A stretch of DNA of 64,000 nt from Camelus dromedarius (GCF_036321535.1 NC_087447.1:38442001-38506000), one strand, 5' to 3'. Counted from the stretch's first letter, positions 49,931-63,970 are shown. Numbers and translations are program-made. The notes: a model not told the origin generated them from the sequence alone.

Positions 49931-52900
49931 TGGTACTTCCTTGTCTCTCTCGGTTGTCTTAGGGCTCAGGCACACTCATCTAGGCCCCGGATGTACAAAG
50001 ACAAACATGCCTAGTCTTGAGGGCCGTACTTGGTCCAGTTGAAGTGGAGGTGCTATACTAAAGGGTTTCACCTTTTAAAAGTCTCTTCAGAATCAAAGAT
50101 GATGTTCTATAATGTCTTGGCACCCTTACTTGCTCTTCCAACTGAACCTGGACAAGCCCCGGGCACCTGATGAAAACTTCTTCCCCTTCTTTAGAAATGC
50201 TGACATTTTGGTCATTTCTTCAGGTTCGTAGTGACCAGTCTGGCTTGCTCTTAGTTGCTGACTGGCTTGTTCTTTTCTGCCTTTTTCTTAGACACAGTAC
50301 TTGGGACTTTCTCTACTTTTCTAGCCTGTTTTCTCTTGCATAGCAAATGCCAGTTCCCCCATGTTCTTTGAATTTGGGGCTGAACACCGCCCTTGGTGTT
50401 CCTAATACTGGGTCCTGGGGAGCCTACTGGGGAGGAGAGATCAGCCAGAAGAGGCTTTGCTTGCTTCCTTTTGGCTTCTGTATCTCTGTGGACTTGCTTC
50501 ATCCACCCACCTATCCATCCAGTATTTATAGAACACTTCCTAGGCACTGATGACAGGGCAGTAGGAAAAAGTCACTGAAATAAAAGGAGATCTGTAGAAT
50601 TTGACTGGCAGTGCTACCACATACCTCGGCCCTTAGAGATACGTAGATCATTTTGTTTATCCTATCAAAGATGGAGGAATATAGGTAAATGATTTGCTTG
50701 CTTGCTCTTGCTAAATGTAAACATAGGTAAATATGACAACACATTGATTTTGAAATTTAATATAGCAGTTGTGTGGGCTTGGACTGTGGACTTCGTAATA
50801 GCTCTGATTTCAAGTTCCTTGTCCTTGACTCAGCCCCGTTTACAAATTGGCTATTTTTGCTTTTTTATTTTCTACCTTTTTACCTCTCCTGGCTTACCTT
50901 AGTTTCTCCCTTTCCTCTCCTACTTGTTAGGTATTTAATTGCTACTGACCACCATTTATTAGAGAAAGGAGCCCATTATACTTATAATAGTGGATATCTA
51001 AGTGTACTAACCCCTACTCCTCCTGTCTGTCAGTACTTTGACCACAGTGTGCCCCTGTAGCCTCCCAGGAAAAAGAAACCCCTCCCCCCAACAATAGAGT
51101 TAGCGTCTTCTCTGGCCTTACCTGCTTGGGCCTTGTCTGCATCTAGAAGGTTTTGTAAACCACTGCAAGGGCTTCTCAGTTTTGACCACTTAGTTTGTGT
51201 TTTGTCCATAGCACATAGAACAAAGATGTGCACTCAGTATATAGTTACTGAATGAATGAATCAAGATGTAGTATTAATATGATTTTTTTCTATATAGTAG
51301 ATATTTTTGAAAAATAAAACTGGTTTTGCTTCTGTAAACTTAGGGATATGTTGAGTTAATGAATAACCTAAGTGAGTATTGTAAATATTGTAGTCTACTC
51401 CTGTTAAACCCAGTTTGTTTAATAAAATTACTCTCATCATTCCCATTTTGCTCTTTATTTGGAAATACATAGTAACAGTTAAATTCATATTAGCATGGAT
51501 TTCTGCTAATATTCATTTGTGCCTTTGAAACTGGGTCTCACTGGAGGCTCCCAAATGTGAATCTGAGTTTCTTGCATCAGGTTCTCCTTAGTTGTTTAAA
51601 ACCAAACGTTTGCTGGGTAACACTCAGACCTACCAAACCAGAATATCCAGGCTTAGCATTTGGTATCTTTGTATACTTCTCTGGCTTGGAAAACCTCTAG
51701 GAAATCCTTGTTTGTGTAGCTTTCAGTCTTCTGTTGATTTCTGGTTTCACAATGTTTTGGCTTTGTTCCACATGGTGTTCTTTTTGTCATTTTTTTTTTC
51801 TTTGGTGATAGCAATGCTGTTTCTACTTCTTAGTTAAAAGTATACTACACCAATGAGCTTGAAAACAGCTTTATATGTGGTTAGAGATTTCTTGACCAGA
51901 AATGTGTGTACAAACTTTGCTAACCTGGATTCCTGGAAGACAGTGGTGTGAGATCATGGTTTAAAAATGAATAAATGAAGCACATAAACAGTCTTAGCAG
52001 TGGGATTGTTTTATCATCTAGACCATTGATTTATTAATTTTTCTTCATTGTATAAAGATAGGTCATTTGCTATTTCCCTCTAGCTGAATTACACTGTTTA
52101 GAGGGGATAGGATAAAGTACCTTTCTGAAGAATAATTGAGCAAAAAGATAAAAGGCAGAATTCTTAAGGACATATATTTCCCTTTCCCAGTCAAATTACT
52201 TTATGTTAATAAAGTAATTTATTGACACTGATATGTCTCAGATATTTCTTTTTACTTTTCTTCCTATATCATTTCTTTTACTTCCAAATGTACTTATTTG
52301 GTCATATTCTATTTACTTAACATACGTTTGTTAAGTAACTACTAAGCATTCTTATAGGCTGCGGGTATACATAGACAAATACACCTTACAACCTAGCTGC
52401 AAAGGACATAATGGTGTGAAAGCAGGAAAATGAAGAAATGTAATGTGTTGGGGTTTTTTTGCTGCTCATTATAGGGTGTGATGGGCACTCTGGGATGCTG
52501 TTGTAAAAACAACATTAAGGGGAAGTTTGATTGCTTGAGTCTTGAAGTATTAGTAAGAAACAAATTAAGAATACAGAGTTGGGAGAGAAGGGATGATATC
52601 CCAGGAAGAAAGCATAGAATTTTTGACAAAATGGTATTTTTGTAGGATGGAATTTGATGTCAAATTTTCTTAAAATAGGAATTTTCCTTTCTGAATTGGT
52701 GGCTCTGTAAAAGCTTTATTTTCTTACTTGGCTTCCTTACTTATTGTTAATTTCTTGCTTGATTTGATTGATTTATATTTCAAACCATAGGCCTTATGTT
52801 ACATACGCTGTTTTGAAGAGAGGCAGGGTAAATTTAAAAATTACGTAAACTTGGATATACCAAAGCTATGTATAACCTGCTGCCACACTTTTGGAACACA

Positions 52901-53009
52901 GCAGGGTATAAACTGTTATGAAATAATTGTTAGATGTATATGCATTAATGTAATGGCCTCATGATATTTCATTGAGGCTGCTGAATTTTGAGCATATGAT
53001 TTTAAATTA

Positions 53010-56000
53010 GAACAAACTACCTGAAAGAATTAGAGGGAACAGTACCTTGAGCTAAAATAGGGCTAGAAATAATTCATATTCGAATCAGCCAGGGTGGAAA
53101 ATCCTCTAGTTCTTGAGGTATTGAGTAGTGCACTGAGAAGGATTTAGTTCTAGTAGTGGAGCAAAATTGTTAGCCCTAGACTAGCTATTGTTTTGGTACT
53201 GTGTGACAGAAAGCATCAAACTTTACAAATAATTGCATACCATAAGAAAGCTCAAGAATATATGAATACCAGTTTTCCAGAAACCAACAGCTAAAAATTC
53301 AGTACCTTCACATCCACTCAAAAATTACCAAGAATATAAAGAAGCAGAAAAATGTGACCCATAATAAGCAGAAAAAACAATAAGTAGAAACAGACCCAGA
53401 AACTACACAGATGAGTTGGTGAACAGAGAAATTAAAAGTTATTATAGTCATATTCCATATGGTCAAGAAGCTAGAGAAATGATTGAATATAATAAGTAGA
53501 GGCATAGACGATGTAAAAAGTTCAAAATCAAACCTCCAGAAATTAAAACTACAATGTCTGAGTTGAAAAATACACTGGATGGAAGTAACAGCAGAAGTAA
53601 TGGCTGAAAAATTTCTAAGTTTGATGAACTCTAAAGCTCAACAAACCCTGAGTACAAGAAATATGAAGAAAATTACAAGGCACATTGTAATGAAATTGCT
53701 TAAAAGCAGTGATAGAAAATCTGAAAAATAACCAGAGGAAAAAACAACTGCATACAGAGCAACAAAGATAAGGATGACAGTAGTCACGTTGTTTCCCATA
53801 GGAGACGATGTAAGGGAGATAGTGGCACAACATCTTTCAAGTACGAAGAGAAAACTGTCTCCTAGAGTTCAATAGCTACTAAAACTTTACTTCAAAAACA
53901 AAGGTGAAATAAAGACTTCTCCCAGATATACAAAAAGTGAAAGAATTCATTACCAGCAGACCTACATTATAAGAAATGCAAAAAGGAAGAAAACCGTACC
54001 AGACGGAAATTTGGACCTATACAAAGAAATGAAGAACACCTTTACCTGCTATGTGGGTAAATGTAAACTGCTTTTATTATTTCAGTCTCCTTAAAACATA
54101 ATGGGATGTTTAAAGTAAACTAATAACAATGTATTGTGAGGTAATAGGTAATAACAATAAGCAAGAGGGAGAAGCATACTATTGTTGTAAGTTCTTAAAC
54201 CATACATGAATTGGCATACTACCATTTGAATTAGACGGTGATGAGTGAAAAATGTATATGGTAAACTCTTAAGCAATCGTAACAATAACATAATAGATAA
54301 ATAGTTTATTAGCCAACAAAGAAGATAAAATAGAATCATAAAAACAATACAGTAAACTCAAAAGAAGGCAGAAAAAGGATAAATAGAACAAAGAACAAAT
54401 GGGACGGATAGGAAATAAATTTCAAGATGACTCAACTATATCAATAAGCACATTACATATAAATACTGTGGACACCTCAGTTAAAAGGCAGACATTGGAT
54501 AAAAAGCAAGACCCTGTAAGAAATCTTTCAATGTAAAGACACAAATAAGTTAAAAGTATAAAGGGCCGGGTAAGATATACCATGCTAATACTAATGAAAG
54601 TTGAAGTGGCAATAGAAATATCAGACCAAGTAGATTTCAGGGCAAAGAATATTACCAGGAATAAAGAGGATTGTTTCATAATGATAGAGAGAAATTCATA
54701 AAGAGAACATAACAATCCTAAACATTCATGTACCAAGTAACAGCTTTAAGTTTCTTAAAGCAAAAATTGAAAGAACTGCAAAGAGAAATAGACACATTCA
54801 CTTACAGTCAGAAGTTTCAGCGTCTCTCTTAATCATTGAGCAAGTAGAGAGAAAATCAGTAAGGACATAGCTGATTTGAACAGCATTATTGAGCAACTTA
54901 CTGTGACATTTAGTGAACACTCAACAACAGCGGAATACACATCGTATAAAATGAGAATGGATCATAGAACAAGTCTCAATACAATTAAAGGGATTTAGTT
55001 AGATGGTATATGTTCTTTGACCACAGTGGAATTAAATTGGAAATCAATATCCTAGAAAGATATCTAGGAAGTCTCTAAATACACGGAAACTAAGATACTT
55101 CTAATTAACCATTGGTACAAAGAAAAAATGGGAAATTACAAAGTATTATGAACTGAATGATAACTATAAAACAGCATATCAGAATTTGTGGGATGCTACT
55201 AAAGTATATACATATAAAGAAGTTTATAGTGTTTAATATTTGTATTAGAAAAGAAAAAATTGCAATTCAATGACTAGCTTCTACCTTAAGAAACTGTAAG
55301 AAAAAGAAAGGACAAATTAAAATGATAGTTGTTGGAAGAAGGAAAATAATAAAGATAAGAATGGAAACCAATGAAATTGAAAATAGAAAAACCATAGAAA
55401 AAGTAAATAAATCCCCAAACTGGCATCATATGAAGCCAATATTACTCCAATACCAAAACATACAAAGACAAGGAAACTAAAGTTCATTTTCTCTTGTAAA
55501 CATAAATATAAAAATTCTTAATAAAATTTTATTAAATAGAGTTCAATACATGAAAAAACAATGCATTATCACTCAAGTGGATTTTATTACAGGATTGCAA
55601 TGTTGATTTAACAGGCAAAAGTGAATCAGTATAATTCATCATATTAGCAAACTGAAAAGGAAAAATCATATGATCTCAATAGATGCAAGAGGGAAAAAAA
55701 AGCATTGGACAAGATCCAGCATCCATTCTTGATAAAAACTCTTTACAAATGGAATAGTGAGGAAATTTGTTAACCTGATACCACAACTAACAGCTTACTT
55801 GATGGTGAAAGACCAAAAACTTTGTCCCTAAGATCAGAAACTACTCAAAAGTACCGCCTCACCACTGCTGTCTTGCACAGGAGGTTGTAGGCAGTGAGGT
55901 AGAGCCAGAAAATAAAGACATTCACATTGGAAAGGAAGCAACAAAACTGTCTTTACTAGCAAATGACATGATTGTTTATGTTTATGTTGCATTTACCAAA

Positions 56001-56100
56001 AAACAAACAAAAAACCCTAGATAAGCTTAGCATATTTCTAGGGTCTAAGATAAAGATGCAAAAATTATGATTCTGTTTTTGCAGAGAAAAATGTACATCA
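53010..56100 (+). mobile_element. Large decayed L1 (L1M4/L1MC-class; ORF1 and ORF2 remnants with deletions), sense to RRAS2
   Basis: A-rich ORF1 phrases (gaaaaatacactggatgg, ttcaaaaacaaaggtgaaataaagactt), endonuclease region (agtagatttcagggcaaag) and RT region (tgatctcaatagatgca); no long ORF. Confidence 0.9.
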
Positions 56101-56479
56101 TTGAAAAAAGACCAGAGGAATGTGGTTCTGTATAGGTGATAGGTTCCTTAATTTTCTTTTTCTTTCTGTCCATCTATAATTTTCTAACCTTTTGTAAGTG
56201 TTTATTTTTGTGCTAATGACAGCAATGAAAGTAATTTTTTCAGAAATTATTTTTTGCCCTACTGTGTAAATATAAATGGAATAGAGACTAATATCACTAG
56301 TCCAACTTCTACATTTAAAATCTATAGGGTATTTACTTACATTCAGTTAGTGTTTTCTTACTCTGGCCTACCATTTTGTATGTCATCAGTGATGCCACCC
56401 TTCCCTGCCTACTTTCCTTCATCTCCTAAGGTAAGGAAGGCATTGTGAGGCTGTGGTCCTATTCATTATTCATTTTCCC

Positions 56480-56880
56480 TCACATATTTATTGAGCGTTT
56501 CCCATGTACCAGGCACTGGGGAATGGAGAGAAGACAATGACCCCACGGCCTCTCAAGGCTTGCCCTGCTCTCCAGCCTCACCTCTTGCCAGTTTCTCTTG
56601 GCTTGTTGTATTTCAGCCATTCTAGGCTTCCTTCAGTTCCTGCAACTTGGAGCACCCTCATACATGTTATTTCTTTTGTTAGGGATACTTCCTTGCCCCA
56701 CCCCTACCCAGCTCCGTACTCTTTTATTTAGTCCTTAGCCCAAGTATCACTTCCTCAGGGAGCCTTTTTCTGATCCGCCCCACAGGGTTATAGACTCTCG
56801 TAGCACCTTGTACTTTTCCTTCCCAGAACTTATCACTGCTATGTTTAATACTTTTTGAGTAATCACTAGACTGAAATCTT
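56480..56880. mobile_element. L2 fragments
   Basis: atatttattgagc..atgtaccaggcactggg then tatcacttcctcagggagcctt. Confidence 0.6.
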
Positions 56881-57012
56881 TGGTCATATTTTTCAGACTT
56901 GTTCTGTAGAGCTAGGCTTCAGCACTGTGTGTTGAGCTATTAAGTCTCTTGGTTCATCTTATGACAAACCAGCTTGGCCTCTGGCTGTATTAACAGTGCA
57001 TTCTGTGGCTGA

Positions 57013-57195
<183 letters not shown>

Positions 57196-57499
57196 TAAGC
57201 AAAACACATCCTAGAAGTTTCTTTTAATTTACTGAATTTGATGGGTAGTCACACTATGCTTTTTAAAACAACTGGGAAGAAAATTACAATTAAATGTTTT
57301 AAGTAAGAAAGAAAATTGTATGCAGGAGTGATTCTTGTCTGGAAATTAATGCATTTTAACAGGTATGTTAAAATTTTTAATGATTTTTCTAGTTACTTCC
57401 TACATTAAAAGCCTAATTTTATTATATGGAAATAGAGTATACATAGGGATTTTGAAAAGAATCTGCAACTTCAGAAGGTGACGATGGTATGAGGGTACT

Positions 57500-57720
57500 G
57501 ATGACAGCAGCTAACCTTGGAGTGGAAATCTCTGCCAGATGCTGGGCTGAGTGCTTCACTGTATTACTACATTTGATCCTCATCACAACCCAATAATGTC
57601 CCCCCTTTCAGATGAGAAAACAGGTACAGAGAGGTTAAATAATTTGAACACATTAAATGGCAGAGCTAGGACTTCAGTCCTTGTCTCTGACTCCAGAACC
57701 TGTGCTCTTCACTTTGCTTC
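57500..57720 (-). mobile_element. MIR SINE
   Basis: atttgatcctcatcacaaccc..ttcagatgagaaaacagg..tctctgactccaga. Confidence 0.8.
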
Positions 57721-58209
57721 TTACCCAACTCCTCCTCGGCTGTGAGGAGGCCAGGCAGTAGAGGTTCAGCAGTCCCCCAGGGCATGAATTTAGCGTGATA
57801 TCCAGACCACATAGAGGTTTTCTGTTAGCCAGCCTAGGAGGCCCCCGTGGTTTGGAAAGTGTTCATGGATTCTAGGAAGCTGGAGGTGATAAATGAGGTT
57901 GGCTGGAGAGTGTATGTGAGAAAGAGTGAGTTGCTTTAGTGGATGGGGTTTGGTTAGATTATTTTGGATCTTGGTGGCTTGGCCGCTACATCACTCTTTG
58001 TTCTCTAGATCTGCTGGTTTCTCCACTTGTTGGATAGTTTGACGGATATATGGAGTTCTTGTTAGTTGTATATCTAAGGTGAACTGACATCTGAGATTCT
58101 TCTACTTTTTTTGCCCCTTGCCAGGGCATTCTCCTGTAGGGGTGTGGGGAGTGAAGATTACATTTTCGTTTTTTAGTAGTTTGTTAAAAGTCTAAGTTCT
58201 GTTATTTTT

Positions 58210-58355
58210 TTACATGAAAACAGAGTTTCAGTTTTGCAAGATAAAAAGATTTGGGATGTGATTGGTGGTACACAACACTGTGAATATACTTAAGCCACTG
58301 AACTATACATTTAAAAATGATTAAGATGGTAAATTTTGTTATGTGTATTTTACCC
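58210..58355 (+). mobile_element. L1MB 3' terminal fragment
   Basis: agagtttcagttttgcaagataaaaag..ccactgaactatacatttaaaaatgattaagatggtaaatttt. Confidence 0.8.
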
Positions 58356-58489
58356 CTCCTCCCCATGAACCAGTGCAGTCTTAAAATAATTTTTATTGCT
58401 TTTTTGAGATATTTCCTCCTTGGTTTTGATCCTCAGAATCTATCCATATCCATTGATCAGTCAGGAGTGAGGAGGGGGTAAAGGAGACT

Positions 58490-58650
58490 TTTTTATGCCT
58501 GACACTGTTAGGCATTTGAACATAACGAGATCTTCCTTAATCCTCATAGCAACTGTGAAAGGTAGGGTTTTATTGTCCCTTCTAAAAAACTGAGGCTCAG
58601 AGAGGTCAACTAACTTGTCGAACACTGACTTGCAGCTCAGAAGTGGCAAA
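58490..58650 (-). mobile_element. MIR SINE
   Basis: ttaatcctcatagcaac..aaactgaggctcagagaggtcaactaacttg. Confidence 0.8.
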
Positions 58651-58973
58651 ACAGCATACCTCATAAGGGTAGGTACTCTGTGTCATACTCTGGTGATAGA
58701 TGTTCATTCTTAAGGATACCTTAGAGTCATGAAATTTCAAACTGGGAATGGAACCTAGACTTTATTGAGTTCGGCATCTCATCTAATTGAAGACTTGTCC
58801 ATCAGTGAAACTCAGGCGGCTTTGCTTATGCTGGTGTTGAAGCATTTATTTCCTCCCACCCCTATCCCGAAGATTTGCTTGGATTCATTGAAAGCATATG
58901 CATGTAAACTAGACTTGGCCAACAATAATCTACATTTTCAGTGATATATTATCAAAAAGGCAATTATCTGTAG

Positions 58974-59078
<105 letters not shown>

Positions 59079-60480
59079 GAATCCCTTGAATTTTAGCTAC
59101 CAACTGCCAGGAAAAGCCCTCGTCTTCTCTTCTTAACGGTTTATGTCACGTTGGTACCTTTCTAGCCTTAGACAAATGATCACCATGGTAGCCTTAGACC
59201 AAGAAGCTGGCTAATCCTTTCCGTGAAGCTCATCCTATGGTCATTTCAAGACAGATTTAAAGGAAACACTAAGGCTGCTTCAAAGATACCTGATTCCTTT
59301 AAAAAATATATCTATATACACAGACACATTCTTTTTTAAGGGCTTTTATTAGGGATGAATCAGTTTTGGAACCTAAGCTGTTTGCCAAGTTGGAGTCAGA
59401 GGTTGTAAAATTACTTTTAACTTCTGGAATCATATTGCCTACTGTTACTCTATATAGAAACATAGGGAGTTTTTTTTAAATGTGAATTTTTGCCTGTCTC
59501 TAAAAATTTTGATGTCAACTTCAGTTAACCTTAAGTACACTGAATTGAATCCATAAAAGTGAGACATCTCAGATCTTTACTGATGCTACAGCCTTTGATT
59601 TCCAGTGGCCAAAATAAGAAAATACCTATTGTATTTATAGGTTAAAAACTGTGTGTAAATCCTTCACTATTACTCCTATTCTTAAAGATAATATTCTGTG
59701 TGGCCAAATATTTGGACTCATTCTGGACTTAAGCATTTCAGTGTTCTTGGTTTTTTAATTTAACTCTTTTCACAGCCATGTTGAGAGTGAAAATAAATAA
59801 TTTCTGTCTGTCTTCCTTTTCAAGTATTTCTGGATAAGGGATTCAAAAAACTAAAACTGTTTTTGTTTGTAATATAAAATAGGGAATTGATCTTTCCAGG
59901 GTCAGAGATGATTAATGTTTTTGCTATATACTTTTATACATTATTTTCTTATCAAACTAGTTAACAAGTATTTTTATATGTTTGTAAGCAAATATGCTTT
60001 CACAGCATAACTTGTGTATATGTAAAGATAAGTATTTAATTCTCACTGTTCACTTTTAACTGACAAAGAAAACAAAGTGAAAAACTACAGAAACTGTGGT
60101 AGAACCTTACTTGCTGTCCTGGTCCTGGTTGTACCCATCTTTGGCCAGTCACATAACTACACAAGAAACCTTCCCAAAAGAGTACAACAGGATGACACTG
60201 AACTCACTTCTGATGTTCCCTACTGGATTTTGGCTGTTCTATCAAGTAGTCAGTGGTAAAACTTTTAATTGACAATTAGTATAACTGTGGATGGCTTCTG
60301 TTTTTAATTCTGTGGATTGTGTTTAAACAATTCAAAAATATGTTCCTAATTTTGAGATACTGAGTGGTATTGCACAGTTGTCACTTTACTGAACGTGTAC
60401 AACAGTCCTATGAAGTCTATAAGGCTTACCCTTGTATAGCTTCCGGTGCTAGAATTAAAATTGATCTGTTATCACAAGAT
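59079..60480 (+). other. RRAS2: RRAS2 3' UTR (long form; end approximate)
   Basis: Repeat-free AU-rich sequence from the stop codon to ATTAAA (60454-60459), followed by a GT/T-rich tract. Confidence 0.85.
60454..60459 (+). terminator. Distal polyadenylation signal ATTAAA
   Basis: ATTAAA, CA dinucleotides ~15 nt downstream, then the GT-rich element ttgttattttggtggttttttg; TGTA motifs upstream. Confidence 0.75.
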
Positions 60481-61059
60481 GATGCTTGATGACTTGTTAT
60501 TTTGGTGGTTTTTTGAAGGAAGGACTGTTGGAGGAAACTTATTTTGGTAGCTCTATGCCTTTTCCTTAGGATATAAATCTAAAGATCAATATTGGTTATG
60601 TAGCAGGTGAACTTGTAGTGAAATGGCTTGGTGTTTTTAGTGATTTCCTGAATATTTTCTTGAGTCTGTGTTTCTTCAACTTTTTCTATGAAGTGCTCCT
60701 GACAAAGAACCCCCACTGTAGAGGAGAGAGGAGGTGAATACATACACATGCACATAAATATACACTCTTTCTTAGGATGAAGCCTAAAACAACTGAAGCA
60801 GAGCACACAGATTTATTTGAGTGATAATTGAAACTACTGCCCAGGAAGACACCACATTTATCCTGTGGCTTTTGATGCTTTGCACTATCATGTTAGTACT
60901 TTCATTTGGGGAAGATTTTTTTATTTATCATTGGTTAACTTCAGATAACAAGAAACTGTTTATATAACATTCATATTTAGTGGGAAATCTTTAATTTTAT
61001 TCTAAATAGGTGATTTGTAGTAAAGCAGCCTAAAAGTTAAATTTTGTTATCTAAATCTA

Positions 61060-62402
61060 TCTTTTTTTTTTCTCTCTGTGCTTCACTTTGAATAATTTTT
61101 ATTGCTACATCTTCAAGTTGCCCAGCCTTTTCTTCTGCAGTTGTTTAATTTGCTGTTAATTCCAGCCAATGAGTTTTTCATTTTGGACCTTGAGTGTTTT
61201 TATTTATTTTTTTCTTCTTCGGTCGAAGTTCTGTTTGGTTCTTTTTTTTTTTTATCTTCTGTTTCTTTCTTCATTATATTCATGTATTTCTCTTCTCCAG
61301 CACCTCTCAACTAAGTTCCCAGAGAAGTAAGTCTAATGCCTTATCTGTTGTATATAATGGATTAACTTCTCTTCTGTGCATGTAGAATGACTCTAGCTGT
61401 GTACCATCTTTGGGAGAATAGAGGAGATAATCCCTCAAATAACTTCTGTGGGGCTTAATTCCTGGTTGAGAAAGGCTCTGTTGAATATTTGAACATGGTT
61501 ATAATAGCTGTTTTTACATCCTTGTCTTTTGATTCCTTCATTTGTATAATTTTTGGATCTATTTCTTTTGACAGATTTTTCTCTAGTTATGAGTCTCATT
61601 CTCCTGCTTTTTTGCATGTCTACCAAGTTTTTATTGGGTACTGGACATTGTGTATTTTAGGTCATTGGGTGCCTAGATTTTGTTGCTTTCATGTAAGTAA
61701 AGATTGTTGGGCTTTGTTCTGGTATCCGTTTAATTTACTTGTAGTTCAGTTTGATCCTCTCAAGACTTATTTTTAAGCTTCATGCAGTCTCAAGTAGCTT
61801 TTTCCCAGGATAGTTTAGCTCTACTGCTAAGGTGTGGCCCTTCTGGGGTCTCTACTGAATGACCTGTATAATCAGTGAGGACTCTCCTCCAGTTTGGCTT
61901 GTAGGAACTCAGCAGTTCCCAGTTCCATGTGAGCTCTGGGGAACCATTCTATTCACAGCTCCTGGGTCATTCTTTCCCTAGCCTCCTGGAGTTTCACCCT
62001 GTTAACATGTGTATCTTAATATTCAGCAAAGACTTGTTGACCCTCTGCATATTTTTGGAGCTCTTTTTCTGTGTAGCTCTCTTCCTTCCAAAACTCTGTC
62101 CTGCAACTTTCAGCTGCTTCAGTCTGCCTAATCTCCATTGTCGGTCTTTTCTGCTCAGGGAAACATTTGTGCCCTGCTTGGAATCCACTGTCCCCTCTGC
62201 AATCTGGAATAAGCTTCTAGGCAGAAAGCCAGGGCAGTCCTAAGGCTTAGTTTATTTATTTCTCTTCCATCAGGGATTGTAGTCCTGTGCTGCCTGGTGT
62301 ATAATGTTTAAAAACAGTTGTTTCACCTATTTACTCCAGTTTTCTGTTTAAGGTAGGAGGGTAAATCCAGTTCATGCTACTCCGTGACTAGAAGCCAAAG
62401 TC
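61060..62402 (-). mobile_element. Old L1 5' region (L1M-class) downstream of RRAS2
   Basis: tttaatttgctgttaattccagcc, ttataatagctgttttta, ctctactgctaagg..ggtctctactgaatg, ending agaagccaaagtc. Confidence 0.75.
61298..61480. mobile_element. hAT MITE (MER105-like) nested in the L1
   Basis: Imperfect inverted ends cagcacctctcaactaag / cctggttgagaaaggctctg; L1 sequence resumes afterwards; family name tentative. Confidence 0.55.
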
Positions 62403-62530
62403 GCTTCCGTTTGATTTCTATCATCTTGTAGCCCTCAGTCTGTGACTTGAAATCTTTTCTTACAAAGAATGGCCAGTCTCATGGCATGAATAGTCCTTGT
62501 CTCCCTTGTCTGTGTGGCCAGTTTTTTTCT

Positions 62531-62858
62531 CTGGAGATGACAAACCTTTTCTGTAAAGGACCAGTTAGTAAATACCATCTTGGGCTTTGTGGGTCATGTG
62601 GTCTCTGTCTCAGCCACTCATCACTGCCACTGTAGCACTGAAGCAGACATAAGCAATCTGTGTATGAAGGAATATGGCCATGTTCCAATAAAACCGTATT
62701 TGTGGACTCTGAAATTTGTATTTCACATCATTTTCATATGTCATGAAATATTTATCTTTTGAATTTTTCAGAAGTTCATTTAAAATTGTAAAAATCATTC
62801 TGTACAAAAACAGATGGCAGACTGGGTATGATCTGTGGGCCATGGTTTGCCAGTCCTG
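62531..62858. mobile_element. MER58B-like hAT-Charlie element
   Basis: caaaccttttctgtaaaggaccag..tgttccaataaaac..atttcacatcattttcatatgtcatgaaata..gtttgccagtcctg. Confidence 0.85.
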
Positions 62859-63679
62859 CTCTGTAGCACTTTTAGCATGTGAGGTTACGTTCCCAACTTT
62901 AGAATCTCTTATGTTTGTGGAAGTTGTTTCAGACAGGATTTCCTGAATTAATAGTCATGAATTTGCTCTAGGAATTTTCTCCCTATCTTGTTTGTTGAAG
63001 GATTTACAATATTTCCGAGTTGGACATTATGTCCTATTGGTATTCCTTGTGCATTGATGATTCTCTAAGTTTGAAGCTTCAGTGATTTGTAACATAAATT
63101 GGTCCCTTTATATTTTGATTTTTGAAATTCAGTGTAACAACGTTGTATATACTTAAGGTCTAGCCTATTCCTTGTTTTAACTTATTTCTTTTCGCATTCC
63201 TATGTATAGTGATCCCTTTGAACAGATACCTGGCAGGTAAGTAGAAGGAGATGATGGTAAAGTGACTACTTTCAGTATCATTCAGTCACTTAAGGGTATT
63301 TAACCAGTGACTGCTTATAAAGTTTCAAAGTAATTTTTAGAAAGAAGGTATTTTAATTTGAACAGATTTCTTTGTGCAAGACTTTATTAGCTATTCCGGG
63401 GAAATGGGTAGATACGGAGCTTTCCCTTCCTACGGATTATTCAGTATCTAGTGGAGGAACACAAAGAGTGACAAAAAACAAATGCTGAGACCGTAGAGTG
63501 AAGGCAGAGGGAAAGAAGCGTGCAGAAAGTTGTCAGGCCCAGCAGGTGATGGTGTATATTCCTCCTGGAGAATTTGAGGGAGCTGAGCTTAATTAGTGAT
63601 GTTTTCACTGGAGCTTGATGGACTGTGTTAGGCTTTGAGGTGGGGAAGAGAGGGAAGGGGAAGGGTGAGGTGGTGGAAA

Positions 63680-63970
63680 GGCTGGGAAGAAGCTCGGGCA
63701 GAAGCAGAGTTGGCAGCATGCAGGGTGTTTGCTGGGATTGGAACCTTAATCTAAAAGGTTTTTAAATTCATTGGAGAAAAAAAAATGATAAAATTGATTG
63801 GGCTTGGGTTGTGGAGGGCTTAAAAATGATGGCCCTTCTGTATGTACTGGGAAACTGCTGGGGATTCTGAACAAGGAGTGCCTGAACCCAGTCTAACGTA
63901 GTATGAATGATGGAGAAATGTAGATTTAAGGAAGGGTGGTCAGGTAAGAGGTTATTAGAATCATGGAGTC
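63680..63970 (-). mobile_element. L2 fragments
   Basis: gggaaactgctggggattctgaacaaggagtg and purine-rich L2-like context. Confidence 0.5.

Noticed and set aside
53300..55990. Active L1 or domesticated reverse transcriptase
   Set aside because: No long plus-strand ORF; many stops, frameshifts and large deletions
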